Positions 30,797-40,992 of a DNA stretch of 64,000 nucleotides are shown one piece after another (within the stretch, counting starts at the first letter, position 1; every line of letters starts with the position of its first letter). Below the pieces are notes generated by a model. It did no database searches, had not been told where the DNA came from, and saw only the letters and a program-made list of their open reading frames with translations. A program made the translations under genes and the position numbers. Source of the DNA: an uncultured Acidobacteriota bacterium (lineage in GTDB: Bacteria > Acidobacteriota > Thermoanaerobaculia > Multivoradales > SZUA-115); assembly GCA_963805975.1 (NCBI GenBank), contig CAWDVR010000001.1:1152001-1216000 (forward strand), in the 5' to 3' direction.

Positions 30797-33439
30797 GTGA
30801 GCGAAGCGATGGACAAGACCTTCGACCCCAAGAGCTACGAGCAGGCGTGGCAGCGCCGCTGGACCGAGATGGGTGTCTTCCGGGCCCCGGCGGGCGATCC
30901 CAGGCCCTCGTACTGCATCATGATCCCGCCGCCCAACGTCACCGGCAAGCTGCACATGGGGCATGCGCTCCAGACCTCGCTGCAGGATCTGCTGACGCGT
31001 TGGAAGCGGATGTCCGGCTACAACGCCCTCTGGCTGCCGGGTACCGACCACGCCGGCATCGCCACCCAGATGATGGTGGAGAAGGCCCTCGCCGAAGAAG
31101 GCCAGAGCCGCGAGCAGCTCGGCCGCGAGCGCTTCCTCGAGCGCATGTGGGAGTGGAAGCGCCAGTACCACGGCAACATCCGCCAGCAGCTCGACCTGAT
31201 GGGAGCGAGCTGCGACTGGAGCCGCGAGCGCTTCACCCTCGACGAGGGGCTGTCCGAGGCGGTGCGCGAGGCCTTCGTGCGCCTCCACGGCGCCGGCCTC
31301 GTCACCCGCGGCGAGTACATGGTGAACTGGTCGCCGGCGCTCCACACCGCGATCTCGGACCTCGAGGTCGAGATGAAGACCGTGGCGGGGAAGCTCTACC
31401 ACGTGGCCTACGCGGTCGAAGGCAGCGAGCGCAAGATCGTGGTCGCCACCACGCGGCCCGAGACCATGCTCGGCGACACCGCCGTGGCCTTCCATCCGGA
31501 CGACGAGCGCTACCGCGACCTCGCCGGCAAGGCTGCCCTGCTGCCGATCGTGGGGCGGCGCCTGCCGTTCATCGCCGACCTCGCGGTCGACCCGGCCTTC
31601 GGCACCGGCCTGGTCAAGGTGACGCCGTTCCACGACCCCGCGGACTTCGAGATGGGACGGCGCCACAACCTGCCGGGCATCCAGGTGATCGACAAGCAGG
31701 GGCGGATGACCGAGGCCGCGGGCGAGGACTTTGCCGGACTCGACCGCTTCGCGGCGCGCGCCAAGGTGGTCGAGCGCCTGCGCGACGAGGGTGCGCTGGT
31801 GAAGGTGGAGGACCACGTCCACAACGTCGGGCACAGCGACCGCACCGGCGAGCCCATCGAGCCGCTGGTCTCGACGCAGTGGTTCTGCGACATGAGCGGC
31901 ATGGCCGCCAAAGCGCTTGCGGCGGTCGAGGACGGCCACCTCGCCCTGGTGCCGGACTCCTGGGGCAAGACCTGGCAGCACTGGCTCGAGAACATCAAGC
32001 CGTGGTGCATCTCGCGCCAGCTCTGGTGGGGGCATCGCATCCCGGCCTGGTACACCGCCGACGGCCGCTGCTTCGTGGCGCGGACCGAGGCCGAGGCGGC
32101 GGAGGCGGCCGGCACCACCGAGATCACGCAGGACCCGGACGTGCTCGACACCTGGTTCTCCTCGGCTCTGTGGCCGTTCTCGACCCTGGGCTGGCCGCGG
32201 GAGACCGAGGACCTGAAGACTTTCTATCCGACGGACGTGCTGGTGACCGGCTCCGACATCCTCTTCTTCTGGGTCGCCCGCATGGTGATGACCGGGCTCG
32301 AGTTCACCGGCACGGTGCCGTTCTCGACCGTCCACCTGACGACCCTGGTGCGCGACGCCCAGGGCCAGAAGATGTCGAAGACCAAGGGCAATGCGGTCGA
32401 CCCGGTCGATTTGATCGACGACTACGGCGCCGACGCCATGCGCTTCTATCTCACCTCGCAGGACACGCCGGGGCGCGACATCCTGCTCAATGCCGACCAG
32501 CTCGCGGGCTACCGGGCCTTCGGCAACAAGATCTGGAACGCCACCCGCTATGCCCTGTCGCGGGTCGGCGAGGCGCAGGTGGCGCCCGAGCTCGACGCGC
32601 GCGAGCTGGCGGAGCCGGAGCGCTGGATCCTCTCGCGCCTGTCCGCTACCGCGGCGGAGGTCAACGAGCGCTTCGCCACCTTCCGCCTCGACGAGGCGAC
32701 CGGCCGGCTCTACCAGTTCTTCTGGCACGAGTTCTGTGACTGGTATCTCGAGCTGACCAAGCCCGCGCTCTCCGGCGAGGCGCCGCGGCCACGGGTGGGA
32801 GAGGTGGTCTTGACGGTGCTCGACCGGAGCCTCCGCCTGCTGCACCCGGTGATGCCGTTCCTGACCGAGGAGCTGTGGCAGAAGCTCCCCGGCCACGAGG
32901 CGATCCATCCACAGACCATCGTGCTGGCGCCCTACCCGCAGCGCGAGGCAGGCTGGGACGACGCGGCCGTCGAACAGCAGATGGACGTCGTGCTCGCGGT
33001 CATCACCCGCGTGCGCGCCATGCGGGCCGAGCTCGGCATCCCGCCCTCCGAGAAGGTGGACCTCTACCTGGCGAGCGAGGATGCCGGCCTCGCCTCGCTC
33101 CTCGCCGGGCAGGGACCGCTCCTGTCCTTCCTCTGCCGGCTGCGGGCGGTCCAGGAGGGCGAGGCGCCGGCCGCGGCGAGCCGTGATCTGGTCTCCGGCG
33201 TGCGGCTGGGCCTCCTCGCCGAGGGCCGGGACCTCGCAGCCGAGGAGCGGCAGCGCCTGGCGAGCGAGCTCGCCAAGGTCGAGGAGGAGATGGCGCGCAC
33301 CGAGAGCAAGCTCGCCAACGAGCAGTTCGTGAGCCGCGCGCCGGCACAGGTGGTCGAGGGCGTTCGCCAGCGCCTCGCGGAGCTCGCCGAGCGCAAGGCC
33401 AGCCTGGAGACCGGGCTCGCGGCGGTCGGCGGAGCGTAG
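30797..33439 (+). CDS. valS: Valine--tRNA ligase
   Basis: [29 protein letters not shown] and C-terminal coiled coil. Confidence 0.98.
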   Translation: MSEAMDKTFDPKSYEQAWQRRWTEMGVFRAPAGDPRPSYCIMIPPPNVTGKLHMGHALQTSLQDLLTRWKRMSGYNALWLPGTDHAGIATQMMVEKALAEEGQSREQLGRERFLERMWEWKRQYHGNIRQQLDLMGASCDWSRERFTLDEGLSEAVREAFVRLHGAGLVTRGEYMVNWSPALHTAISDLEVEMKTVAGKLYHVAYAVEGSERKIVVATTRPETMLGDTAVAFHPDDERYRDLAGKAALLPIVGRRLPFIADLAVDPAFGTGLVKVTPFHDPADFEMGRRHNLPGIQVIDKQGRMTEAAGEDFAGLDRFAARAKVVERLRDEGALVKVEDHVHNVGHSDRTGEPIEPLVSTQWFCDMSGMAAKALAAVEDGHLALVPDSWGKTWQHWLENIKPWCISRQLWWGHRIPAWYTADGRCFVARTEAEAAEAAGTTEITQDPDVLDTWFSSALWPFSTLGWPRETEDLKTFYPTDVLVTGSDILFFWVARMVMTGLEFTGTVPFSTVHLTTLVRDAQGQKMSKTKGNAVDPVDLIDDYGADAMRFYLTSQDTPGRDILLNADQLAGYRAFGNKIWNATRYALSRVGEAQVAPELDARELAEPERWILSRLSATAAEVNERFATFRLDEATGRLYQFFWHEFCDWYLELTKPALSGEAPRPRVGEVVLTVLDRSLRLLHPVMPFLTEELWQKLPGHEAIHPQTIVLAPYPQREAGWDDAAVEQQMDVVLAVITRVRAMRAELGIPPSEKVDLYLASEDAGLASLLAGQGPLLSFLCRLRAVQEGEAPAAASRDLVSGVRLGLLAEGRDLAAEERQRLASELAKVEEEMARTESKLANEQFVSRAPAQVVEGVRQRLAELAERKASLETGLAAVGGA

Positions 33440-33487
33440 GGCGTCCCACTCCGCCGCGCGGTAAGGGTAGGATTCCGCGCCTCTGCC

Positions 33488-34309
33488 ATGAAGCCCGCCG
33501 ACACCTTGCGCCCCACGACGTTCGAGGATTTCGCCTCTGCGCTGGGCTCTGCGCTCGGCCACGAGAGCGGCAATTTCGTCGGGCTCGCCACGGTGGGCTC
33601 CACCAATGCGCTCGGCCGGCGGCTGGCGCAGGAGTACCTGGGAGAAGAGAGGCGGGTGCCGCGGACCGTGCTGGTCGCCTGGGAGCAGACGGCCGGGCGC
33701 GGGCGGCGCGGCAACCAGTGGCAGAGCCCCACGGGCCAGGGCGTCTACGCCACGCTGGTGATGGGGCTCGCGGACAGCGAGGAGGTCCAGCGCCTGCCGC
33801 TGGTGGTGGGCGTCGCGCTCTGCGAGGCGCTGAACCGGCTCCTGCCCGGTGGCCCCTGCCGCCTCAAGTGGCCGAACGACCTGATGGTGCGAGGAGAGAA
33901 GATCGGCGGCCTGCTGATCGAGGTCGTCGCCGGCGACGAGGGCGCCGGGGCCGCCGTGATCGGCTTCGGGATCAATTTCGGCCAGCAGGTGGACGGGGGC
34001 CCGAGCACCAGTGTCTCCGTCCCGGGCGCCACCTCGATCCTGGCCCATGCTCCGGCGGCTCCCGACCTGGCCGCGGTGGCGGCGGCGGCGATCCTCGCGC
34101 TCCTCGCGGCGGTGAGCGCACCGAGCGAGGACGTGGGAGAGCGCTACGCCACGCTCTCGCTCCACCAGCCGGGGGACGCCATCGCCTTCCGCCTCGGTGA
34201 GGAGCGCATTACGGGCCTCTTCCGCGGCTTCGACGAACGGGGCTTCCTGCGCCTGGAGCAGGACGGAGCACTTCGCGTGCTGTCGTCCGGGGAGGTGATC
34301 GAGCCATGA
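33488..34309 (+). CDS. birA: Biotin--[acetyl-CoA carboxylase] ligase
   Basis: STN, QTAGRGRRG.W.SP, KWPNDL and KIGGLLIE. Confidence 0.93.
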   Translation: MKPADTLRPTTFEDFASALGSALGHESGNFVGLATVGSTNALGRRLAQEYLGEERRVPRTVLVAWEQTAGRGRRGNQWQSPTGQGVYATLVMGLADSEEVQRLPLVVGVALCEALNRLLPGGPCRLKWPNDLMVRGEKIGGLLIEVVAGDEGAGAAVIGFGINFGQQVDGGPSTSVSVPGATSILAHAPAAPDLAAVAAAAILALLAAVSAPSEDVGERYATLSLHQPGDAIAFRLGEERITGLFRGFDERGFLRLEQDGALRVLSSGEVIEP

Positions 34310-35121
34310 GCGCTCCCACGAGCACCAGGGCGACCACCAGGGCCGAGCTGCTGATCGTGGTCGACGTGGGCAACACCAACACCGTGTTCGGCGTCTACCG
34401 CGGCGACGACCTGGCCGAGAGCTTCCGCCTCTCGACCGAGCGCGAGCGCACGGCGGACGAGTACGGTGCGCTGCTGCTGCCGCTCTTCGCGCGCGCGGAC
34501 CTGCCCATGGACGGCGCCGACGGGGTCGTCATCTCCTCGGTGGTGCCGCCCCTCCACCCGACCCTCGAGCGCCTCTCGCGGCGCTTCTTCAACCGGCCGC
34601 CGCTGTTCATCGAGCCCGGCGTCAAGACCGGCATGCCGATCCGCTACGACAACCCCGCCGAGGTCGGCGCGGACCGCATCGTCAACGCTCTCGCGGCGCG
34701 GGAGCGCTACGGCGCGCCGGTGGTGGTGGTGGACTTCGGCACCGCCACCACCTTCGACGTGGTGAACGCCGCCGGCGAGTACGCGGGCGGCATCATCGCG
34801 CCCGGCATCTCGATCTCGGCCGAGGCCCTGTTCGCCCATGCCTCGCGCCTCTACAGGGTGGACCTGCGCCGCCCCTCCGAGCTGGTGGGGAGCAACACCG
34901 TGGCCGCCATGCAGGCCGGGATCTACTACGGCTATCTAGGCCTGGTGGACGGCATTCTCGAGCGGCTGCTCGGCGAGGTCGCCGGCGTCAAGCAGGTGAT
35001 CGCCACCGGCGGCCAGGCCGACCTCATCGCCGCCGACTCGCGCTTCATCCAGCGCGTGGACCGGGACCTGACCCTGGTGGGCCTGAAGCTGATCTATGAG
35101 CGGAACCGACCTCGAGGCTGA
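34306..35121 (+). CDS. coaX: Type III pantothenate kinase
   Basis: DVGNTNTV, ISSVVP, VGADR, VDFGTATT and ATGG. Confidence 0.95.
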   Translation: MSAPTSTRATTRAELLIVVDVGNTNTVFGVYRGDDLAESFRLSTERERTADEYGALLLPLFARADLPMDGADGVVISSVVPPLHPTLERLSRRFFNRPPLFIEPGVKTGMPIRYDNPAEVGADRIVNALAARERYGAPVVVVDFGTATTFDVVNAAGEYAGGIIAPGISISAEALFAHASRLYRVDLRRPSELVGSNTVAAMQAGIYYGYLGLVDGILERLLGEVAGVKQVIATGGQADLIAADSRFIQRVDRDLTLVGLKLIYERNRPRG

Positions 35122-35767
35122 CGAGGCTCAAACGTACTTCCAGGCGATCGAAGCGGCCTTCGTGCGCCTGCGCGGCGCGCCCCTCCTGCTGTCGCCCACC
35201 GACTGGCAGGTCGCCCGCCGCTGGTTCGAGCAGGGAGTGCCGCTCGACCTGGTCGTGCGCGCGCTGGAGGAGGTCTTCGCCAAGCGCCGCGAGCGCGGCG
35301 CCAAGGGGAGGATCTCGAGCCTGCGCTACTGCGCGCCCGCGGTCGAGCAGGCGTGGGAAGAGATCGCCTCGCTCACCGCCGCCGGCCGGGTGGCGAAGCC
35401 CGAGCCGATCGACCTCGCCGCCCGTCTCGCGGCGCTCGCCCGCGCCCTGCCGGGCGAGCTGACGGAACGCGAAGCCTGGGCCCAGCAAGTAGGCGCTCTG
35501 GCAGGCACCGCCGAGGAAGTGGAGAAGCGCCTGGCCCAGATCGACGGCGCGATCCTCGATCGGCTGGCAGCGGGCATGGACGAGGCGGAAAGGGAGACAG
35601 CAGAGAAGGAGGTCTACGGCTCCCTCGCCAAGCTCGCCCCTCGCCTGCCGCGCGAAGAGCTGGAACAGGCCCGTGCCCAGCTCCTGCGCCAGCACCTGCG
35701 CCGCAGCCATCGCCTGCCGCTGCTGTCTCTCTTCGCTCCCGAGGCGGAGCCACCCTCCGAGCCCTGA
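35096..35767 (+). CDS. Hypothetical protein, DnaD-like N-terminal helical domain suspected
   Basis: LLLSPTDWQVARRW...GVPLDLVVRAL...ISSLRYCAPAVEQAW; overlaps coaX. Confidence 0.7.
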   Translation: MSGTDLEADEAQTYFQAIEAAFVRLRGAPLLLSPTDWQVARRWFEQGVPLDLVVRALEEVFAKRRERGAKGRISSLRYCAPAVEQAWEEIASLTAAGRVAKPEPIDLAARLAALARALPGELTEREAWAQQVGALAGTAEEVEKRLAQIDGAILDRLAAGMDEAERETAEKEVYGSLAKLAPRLPREELEQARAQLLRQHLRRSHRLPLLSLFAPEAEPPSEP

Positions 35768-35798
35768 CCCAGGACCCAGCGCGTCCGGCCTGGGGCCC

Positions 35799-36767
35799 TC
35801 AGAGCAGGGCATCGGCGAGCTGTTGGCTCGCGACCTCTTGCCACAGCCTCGCCAGGTCCTCCGGCACCGGCGCCTCGAAGGCAAGCTCGTGGCCGTCGAC
35901 GGGATGGGAGAAGGCGAGCTTCCAGGCGTGGAGAGCGGGGCGAGGAAAATCCCGGAGCGCTTTCTGGACCGGCCTGGGGCAGCCCTTCCAGCGCGCCTCG
36001 CCGTACAGCGGGTCGCCCACCAGCGGATGGGCGATCGACTTCAGGTGCACGCGGATCTGGTGCGTGCGGCCGGTACCGAGGTTCACCTCCAGCAGGCTCG
36101 CACCGCTCGCCACGGCGAGGCGCCGCCAGGTGGTGAGCGCGGGCCGGCCGGCCTTGCGCACCGCCATCTCCTTGCGCCGGGTGGGATGGCGGCCGATCGG
36201 TGTCTCGATGCGGCCGGACGCTTCCCGCGTCTCCCCGTAGACCACGGCCAGGTATCTCTTGGCCACCCGGCGCTCGGCAAAGGCGGTGGCCAGCCGCTGG
36301 TAGGCAGCCGCCGTGCGGGCGACCACCATCACGCCGCTGGTGCCGAGATCGAGGCGATGGACGATCCCCGGCCGGCCCGGACCGCCGACGCCTGCCATCT
36401 CGGGATAGCGGGAGAGGAGCCGGTGGACGAGCGTGCCCGTGGCGCGGCCGGCCCCGGGATGGACGCTGAGGCCCGCCGGCTTGTCCAGCGCCACCAGGTG
36501 CTCGTCTTCGAACAGGATCCCCAGCTCGCCGGGCTCGGCGGTCACGCGCTCGTCGGTGGCGGGCGCCGGCAGCTCGACCCGGACGAGGGCGCCGCTCGAG
36601 AGCGCCGTGGCGGCGCGGGCGGGTTTGCCGTCGATCTCGACCCGGCTCTCGCGGAGCCAGCGCTGGACCTGGTTGCGGGGCAGGCCGAAATGCTCGGCCA
36701 GATGGCGGTCGCAGCGCTCGCCGGCCGCCTCGGGGGGAACGTGCCAGGACTCGAAGTGTGGGCTCAC
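35799..36767 (-). CDS. rluD: RluA/RluD family pseudouridine synthase
   Basis: S4-like N-terminus, KPAGLSVHP, GIVHRLDLGTSG and GRTHQIRVH. Confidence 0.93.
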   Translation of the reverse strand: MSPHFESWHVPPEAAGERCDRHLAEHFGLPRNQVQRWLRESRVEIDGKPARAATALSSGALVRVELPAPATDERVTAEPGELGILFEDEHLVALDKPAGLSVHPGAGRATGTLVHRLLSRYPEMAGVGGPGRPGIVHRLDLGTSGVMVVARTAAAYQRLATAFAERRVAKRYLAVVYGETREASGRIETPIGRHPTRRKEMAVRKAGRPALTTWRRLAVASGASLLEVNLGTGRTHQIRVHLKSIAHPLVGDPLYGEARWKGCPRPVQKALRDFPRPALHAWKLAFSHPVDGHELAFEAPVPEDLARLWQEVASQQLADALL

Positions 36768-37408
36768 TCGCCGGGAGCGCTGCCTTCGGGCCTCGGGATA
36801 TGGGTCCTCGAGATCTCGGGCCCCCGAAGGTCTGCCGGCGGCGCGGCCTCGATCGCCGCCGGGGCCGGCCGGCGGTAGGAGCGCAGAGTGTCGAGGACGA
36901 TCAGCGCGATGCCCACCGAGATGCCGCTGTCCGCGACGTTGAAGGTGTGCCAGTGATAGCTCTTGAAATAGACGTCGATGAAGTCGGTCACCGCGCCGGT
37001 CGCGATACGGTCGATGAGGTTGCCCACCGCCCCGCCAAGCACCAGCGCCAGCGCCGTCTGCAGTAGCCGGTTCTCCTTCGGGACTTGGCGGAAGTAAAGC
37101 CCCACGAGGCCAAGGGCGAGCAGGCCCAGGGCGGTCAGGATCCAGGTGGCGCCCTCGCGACCGGCGTCGGCGAAGAGGCCGAAGGCAACGCCCGTGTTCT
37201 TGACGTGGGTCAGGTTGAGAAAGCCGGGGATCACCGGCTGCGCCAGATGCTCGGGCAGGTGGAGGTTCACCATCCACTTGCTCCACTGGTCGAGGGCGAG
37301 AACGGCGAGCGAAAGGACCAGGAAGCGCGACTTGCCCGCGAATCCGGGCTCGTCGAGCTCAGGGGCCGGGCTCGCGGCCGGGAGAGGGGCGGGGGGCGGA
37401 GGAATCAT
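36764..37408 (-). CDS. lspA: Lipoprotein signal peptidase II
   Basis: LDQWSK, NTGVAFG, GAVGNLIDR, VTDFI and FNVADS. Confidence 0.95.
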   Translation of the reverse strand: MIPPPPAPLPAASPAPELDEPGFAGKSRFLVLSLAVLALDQWSKWMVNLHLPEHLAQPVIPGFLNLTHVKNTGVAFGLFADAGREGATWILTALGLLALGLVGLYFRQVPKENRLLQTALALVLGGAVGNLIDRIATGAVTDFIDVYFKSYHWHTFNVADSGISVGIALIVLDTLRSYRRPAPAAIEAAPPADLRGPEISRTHIPRPEGSAPGE

Positions 37409-38046
37409 CGGGTGTTTTCCTGCAGCTCTCTCGCGGTGGCCGCTCCGAAGCAGCGCGTCGCGGCGTTCATCAGCTCGGCCAGCCCTTCCGGCCGCTCGAA
37501 GGCGCGGATGGCGGCAAAGCCGCGAGCGCCGGCGCCGGCGATCTCCGGCAGGCGGTGGAGTGTAACTCCTCCCAGCGCCAACACGGGAATTCCCCGGCCG
37601 CAAGCCTCGGTCAGGGCCGGCATTCCCCGAGCGGGGCCGAACGCGGCCTTCGAGGGGGTGTCGTAGACCGGTCCGAAGGTCACGTAGTCGGCGCCCTCGC
37701 GGGCCGCAGCCTCGACTTCCGCCGGATGGTGGCTCGAACGTCCCAGGAGGAGCCGGCCCCAGTGCCGCCGCAGCGGGGCTAGTGGCAAGCCGAGCGCGGG
37801 CAGATGCACTCCGTCGGCACCGGCGGCGAGCGCCAGATCCGGTCGGCCCGAAACCAGGAGCAGGGTGGAGGAGCCCAGCAGCCGCCGCGCTTCGACCAGC
37901 AGCGAGATGAGCTCGCCGTCCGCAAGGTCTTTCTCGCGAATGAGCACCGCCGGCACCCGGGCCTCGGCCAGCGAGCGGAGCCAGGGCCCGAGATCTTCGC
38001 CCGGATGCCGCCGGCGGTCACTGATGGCGAGCGCGCTAGCCGGCAC
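37405..38046 (-). CDS. thiE: Thiamine phosphate synthase / TenI family
   Basis: IREKD, ADGVHLP, GRSSH, FGPVYDTPSK and ALGGV. Confidence 0.82.
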   Translation of the reverse strand: MPASALAISDRRRHPGEDLGPWLRSLAEARVPAVLIREKDLADGELISLLVEARRLLGSSTLLLVSGRPDLALAAGADGVHLPALGLPLAPLRRHWGRLLLGRSSHHPAEVEAAAREGADYVTFGPVYDTPSKAAFGPARGMPALTEACGRGIPVLALGGVTLHRLPEIAGAGARGFAAIRAFERPEGLAELMNAATRCFGAATARELQENTR

Positions 38047-38317
38047 GGTCCGCCTGCTCCGCCTCCGCCATCGCTCGCGCCCGGCGCGAGAGCAGGAGCT
38101 GCTCCAGGTCGTGCGCGCCCCACAGCAGGTGGACCAGCCCGAAGCCGGTGATGCCGCCACGAAACGCGGGATGGAAAAGCAGGGCGTGCGCGCGCGCTAC
38201 CGGCAGATGCATCCACACCTGATCCCAGTTGGCACTCCACGGCGCAAACAGGAGGAAGGCTCCAACTTCGAGGCAGTAGACGATGAAGAGCACCCGGGAG
38301 GCGGTCGGCCAGCGCAT
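38036..38317 (-). CDS. Small membrane protein
   Basis: 93 aa with two hydrophobic segments (CLEVGAFLLFAPWS; RGGITGFGLVHL). Confidence 0.75.
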   Translation of the reverse strand: MRWPTASRVLFIVYCLEVGAFLLFAPWSANWDQVWMHLPVARAHALLFHPAFRGGITGFGLVHLLWGAHDLEQLLLSRRARAMAEAEQADRAG

Positions 38318-38362
38318 GGGCTGCCGATTGTAGCTTGCAGGGCACGACCGCTCGGAGAAGGG

Positions 38363-38398
38363 AAAAGCCCGGAGGCACGGAAGACCCGCGCCTCCGGG
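38363..38398 (-). terminator. Rho-independent terminator after the FecR/DUF6600 gene
   Basis: Minus strand CCCGGAGGCGCGG-loop-CCGTGCCTCCGGG-CTTTT. Confidence 0.75.
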
Positions 38399-38404
38399 GC
38401 GAGC

Positions 38405-40747
38405 TCAACTAGAACCGGCCGCTGCTACACCGGCGGGCGGCCGCGGGTCGCCTTGCGCTCGCCGGAGCCGCCCTTGTCGCCTTCCTGCTTCGGCGACTCC
38501 GCCGGGCGGGCCGGAGCCGAACGAGGCGCGGGCGGGGCCTGCCGCACCGAAGGGGCCGGCTGGCTGCGCGGAGCGGGCGGCTGGGCCGGCCGCTCCGCAG
38601 GGCGCCGGCTGCCGGCGCGGCGCCGGTGCGCTCACGCTGGGCCGCGGCTCAACCGGTCGGATGGCCGTGCCTTGGCCACGGCGCTCCGTGCCTGGGTCGA
38701 CCTGGCGCGGCTGGGGCCGGTAGGCTGGCTGCGTTGCCTGCGGGCGGACCGACGGCTCCGGCCGGGCGGCGGGCCGCCGCTCGATCACCGTGCCCGGACC
38801 GCTCGACTCCCGGGGCTTGACCTCCACGGGCCTTACCACCGGATCGCGGGCCGGACCGCGGGCGCGAACCGTGCCACCGCTGCCAGCAGCCGTGGGGGCT
38901 TCACCGCGCGGTAGCACCACCGGGGCCGCCGGACGGCGCTCGAGCCGCACGCCCGGCTGCGGGTTTCCCTCGGCCGGCTTGGTCTCGACTGGCCGTGCCG
39001 GCCTGGCGGCAGGACGGCGCTCCATGCTCGGGCCGGGAGCTGGCTTGATGGTGGTTTCCTCGCGCCAGTCTTGCGGCCGGGCCGCGGGACGCCGTTGGAC
39101 GGCGATCCCGCCCTCCGGCTTGCCGCTTTCGCGCCAGTCGGCCGGTTCCTTCGGCTTGGTGGCGAGCACTCGCGGGCCACTGCCCGACACCGGTGCCCTG
39201 CCGACCTCGCCGGCCGGGCCCGAGGGCCGCGCAGTCCGTACCGGGCGCCGTTCGAGCTCGGGCTTCTCGCCGCCGGCCACGGCCGCGGTCCGCAGCGGGG
39301 TGGCGCGGACACGCTCCGCGGGCTTGTTCGCCGTCACTTGGCGAGCCACCTCGGGCGGCAGCTCGCCCCGCGCCACGAACGGGGTCACGTCCGGCAGATC
39401 GGCGCCGCCACGACCGGGCCGCGTGCGCAGCACCCGCACCGCACCCTCGGGCTTGGCGAGCACGTCCGGGGTGATGCCGCGGGTGTCGGTGGTGATGATG
39501 CCGCGCCCCAGGCGCTGGCCGCCCATCTCCCGCTCGAGGGCGTACGAGGGGCGTACCCAACGCGCCTGGCCGTGGTGGTCACGGAGGCGGTTGGTGGGCA
39601 GGAAGTTCCAATGCGCGAACGAGCCCCACTCGCCGCCGGCCCAACCGTAGACGCCGAAACGCAGGCCGGAGCGGTAGTGCCGGTCGTAGTGGTTGGAGTA
39701 GTAGCCGACCGGGCACCAGCCCACGTGGGTCGGGGTCCAGTACCAATAGACCCAGGCGGGCGAGTACACGCGGCCCGGGTACCACACCCAGCCATGGTGG
39801 GGTGCATAGTCCCAGGTGCCGTAGTGATAGGGCACCCAACCCCAGGTCTCGGAGGAGACCCAGGTGTAGCCGCTCGGCGTGTAACGCCAGTTCCCGGCGG
39901 AGTAGGGGCGCCAGTCCGTGGCGACCCGGGGCCGCCAGGCACGGCGGTTCTCGACCTCGACCCAGGAGCCGTAACGGTCGAGGCTCGAGGCGGAGTAGCG
40001 GAGCGAATCGTCGACGTAGTCGTAGTCGGCCTGGCTCGCCTCCTGCTCGAGCTCGCGGCCCCAACGCTCGAGGGTGGAGAGCTGCGGCGCCGCATCCAGC
40101 TCGGCCCGCGGATACTCGTCGCCGTCGACGGTGGCCATCTCGTTCTCGCGCACCAGGACCGAGCCGCGCGGCGTCAGCACCTCGGCCGCGCCGCTGCGGA
40201 CCACCAGCTCCGACCAGCCGGAGCGGTCGGCCCGCACCAGGTAGATACCGGCCTGCTGAAGGTAGAAGGTCGCGTTGTCCGTGTCGATCCGCGGCGGCTC
40301 GTTGCCCAGCCACCGTTCGTCGACCACGATCTGGAGGGTGCCCGAGAGCAGGCGCAGCCGGGTACGCTCGGCGTTCGCGTCCCGCGAAGCCGCGAGGTCT
40401 TCGAGGATGATCTCGGTGTCGCCGTCGAGCCGCAGAAGGCTCGAGTCGGAGAGCACGATCTCGGCGCGGCCGCCGCGAGAGACCTGGAAGCGATCGCCGG
40501 CCAGGAGGGGCTGGTTGATCGAGGCTTCCTCGCGCTCACCAGAATCCCCCTGCGTGAGAGCGGCGGAGCCGTCGATCTCCCGCACGTAGCTGTAGCTTTG
40601 GTTGTCGTCGTAGTCGGAAGCGTCGTATTCGGGCTCGTAAGCGGCCCGTGCCGAGAAGGGAAGGGCGAAGGAAGCGGCGGCGAAGCCAAGCGCCAGAATG
40701 GGGTTCCACCACCGGGCGGTGCGCAGGGCATTCGAAGCTGATTTCAC
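38405..40747 (-). CDS. Secreted FecR-domain + DUF6600-like (W/Y/P-rich) protein with long Pro/Arg-rich tail; probable frameshift near 38600
   Basis: Signal peptide; NQPLLAGD..GRAEI..LRLDGDT (FecR-like); LDRYGSW, WRPYSAGNW and WGWVPYHYGTW; GTG start with a GGAG RBS. Confidence 0.82.
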   Translation of the reverse strand: MKSASNALRTARWWNPILALGFAAASFALPFSARAAYEPEYDASDYDDNQSYSYVREIDGSAALTQGDSGEREEASINQPLLAGDRFQVSRGGRAEIVLSDSSLLRLDGDTEIILEDLAASRDANAERTRLRLLSGTLQIVVDERWLGNEPPRIDTDNATFYLQQAGIYLVRADRSGWSELVVRSGAAEVLTPRGSVLVRENEMATVDGDEYPRAELDAAPQLSTLERWGRELEQEASQADYDYVDDSLRYSASSLDRYGSWVEVENRRAWRPRVATDWRPYSAGNWRYTPSGYTWVSSETWGWVPYHYGTWDYAPHHGWVWYPGRVYSPAWVYWYWTPTHVGWCPVGYYSNHYDRHYRSGLRFGVYGWAGGEWGSFAHWNFLPTNRLRDHHGQARWVRPSYALEREMGGQRLGRGIITTDTRGITPDVLAKPEGAVRVLRTRPGRGGADLPDVTPFVARGELPPEVARQVTANKPAERVRATPLRTAAVAGGEKPELERRPVRTARPSGPAGEVGRAPVSGSGPRVLATKPKEPADWRESGKPEGGIAVQRRPAARPQDWREETTIKPAPGPSMERRPAARPARPVETKPAEGNPQPGVRLERRPAAPVVLPRGEAPTAAGSGGTVRARGPARDPVVRPVEVKPRESSGPGTVIERRPAARPEPSVRPQATQPAYRPQPRQVDPGTERRGQGTAIRPVEPRPSVSAPAPRRQPAPCGAAGPAARSAQPAGPFGAAGPARASFGSGPPGGVAEAGRRQGRLRRAQGDPRPPAGVAAAGSS

Positions 40748-40818
40748 GGTCGGTTCTCCTTTGGACCCTCGTCGCCGTCACGAGTGACGGAGCGACCAGG
40801 TTCTCGGCGAGGACATTC

Positions 40819-40835
40819 AGCAAGAAGCGGGCCAG
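40819..40835 (-). promoter_or_regulatory. Sigma54 (-24/-12) promoter for the FecR/DUF6600 gene
   Basis: Minus strand CTGGCCCGCTTCTTGCT (GG-N10-GC, TTGCT), about 70 nt upstream of the start. Confidence 0.65.
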
Positions 40836-40992
40836 GCGCAGAAACGGCTGTCAATGGAGTGAGTTCGCTATACTAGCGCCACCAGCGCTCACCAGGCAGC
40901 GTCCACCATCGGCGCCGATCGCGTCCACGGGTTTTCTGCCTTCGCCAGCGAGAGCTGCGCCGTGCAACGTCCGGTTTGGAGGGGAGAAGACG

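Noticed and set aside
29177-34165. 1662-aa minus-strand ORF, and similar long ORFs such as 46466-50695, 57944-61018 and 23856-26450
   Set aside because: Antisense shadows of well-supported genes; high GC suppresses stop codons and the translations have no motifs
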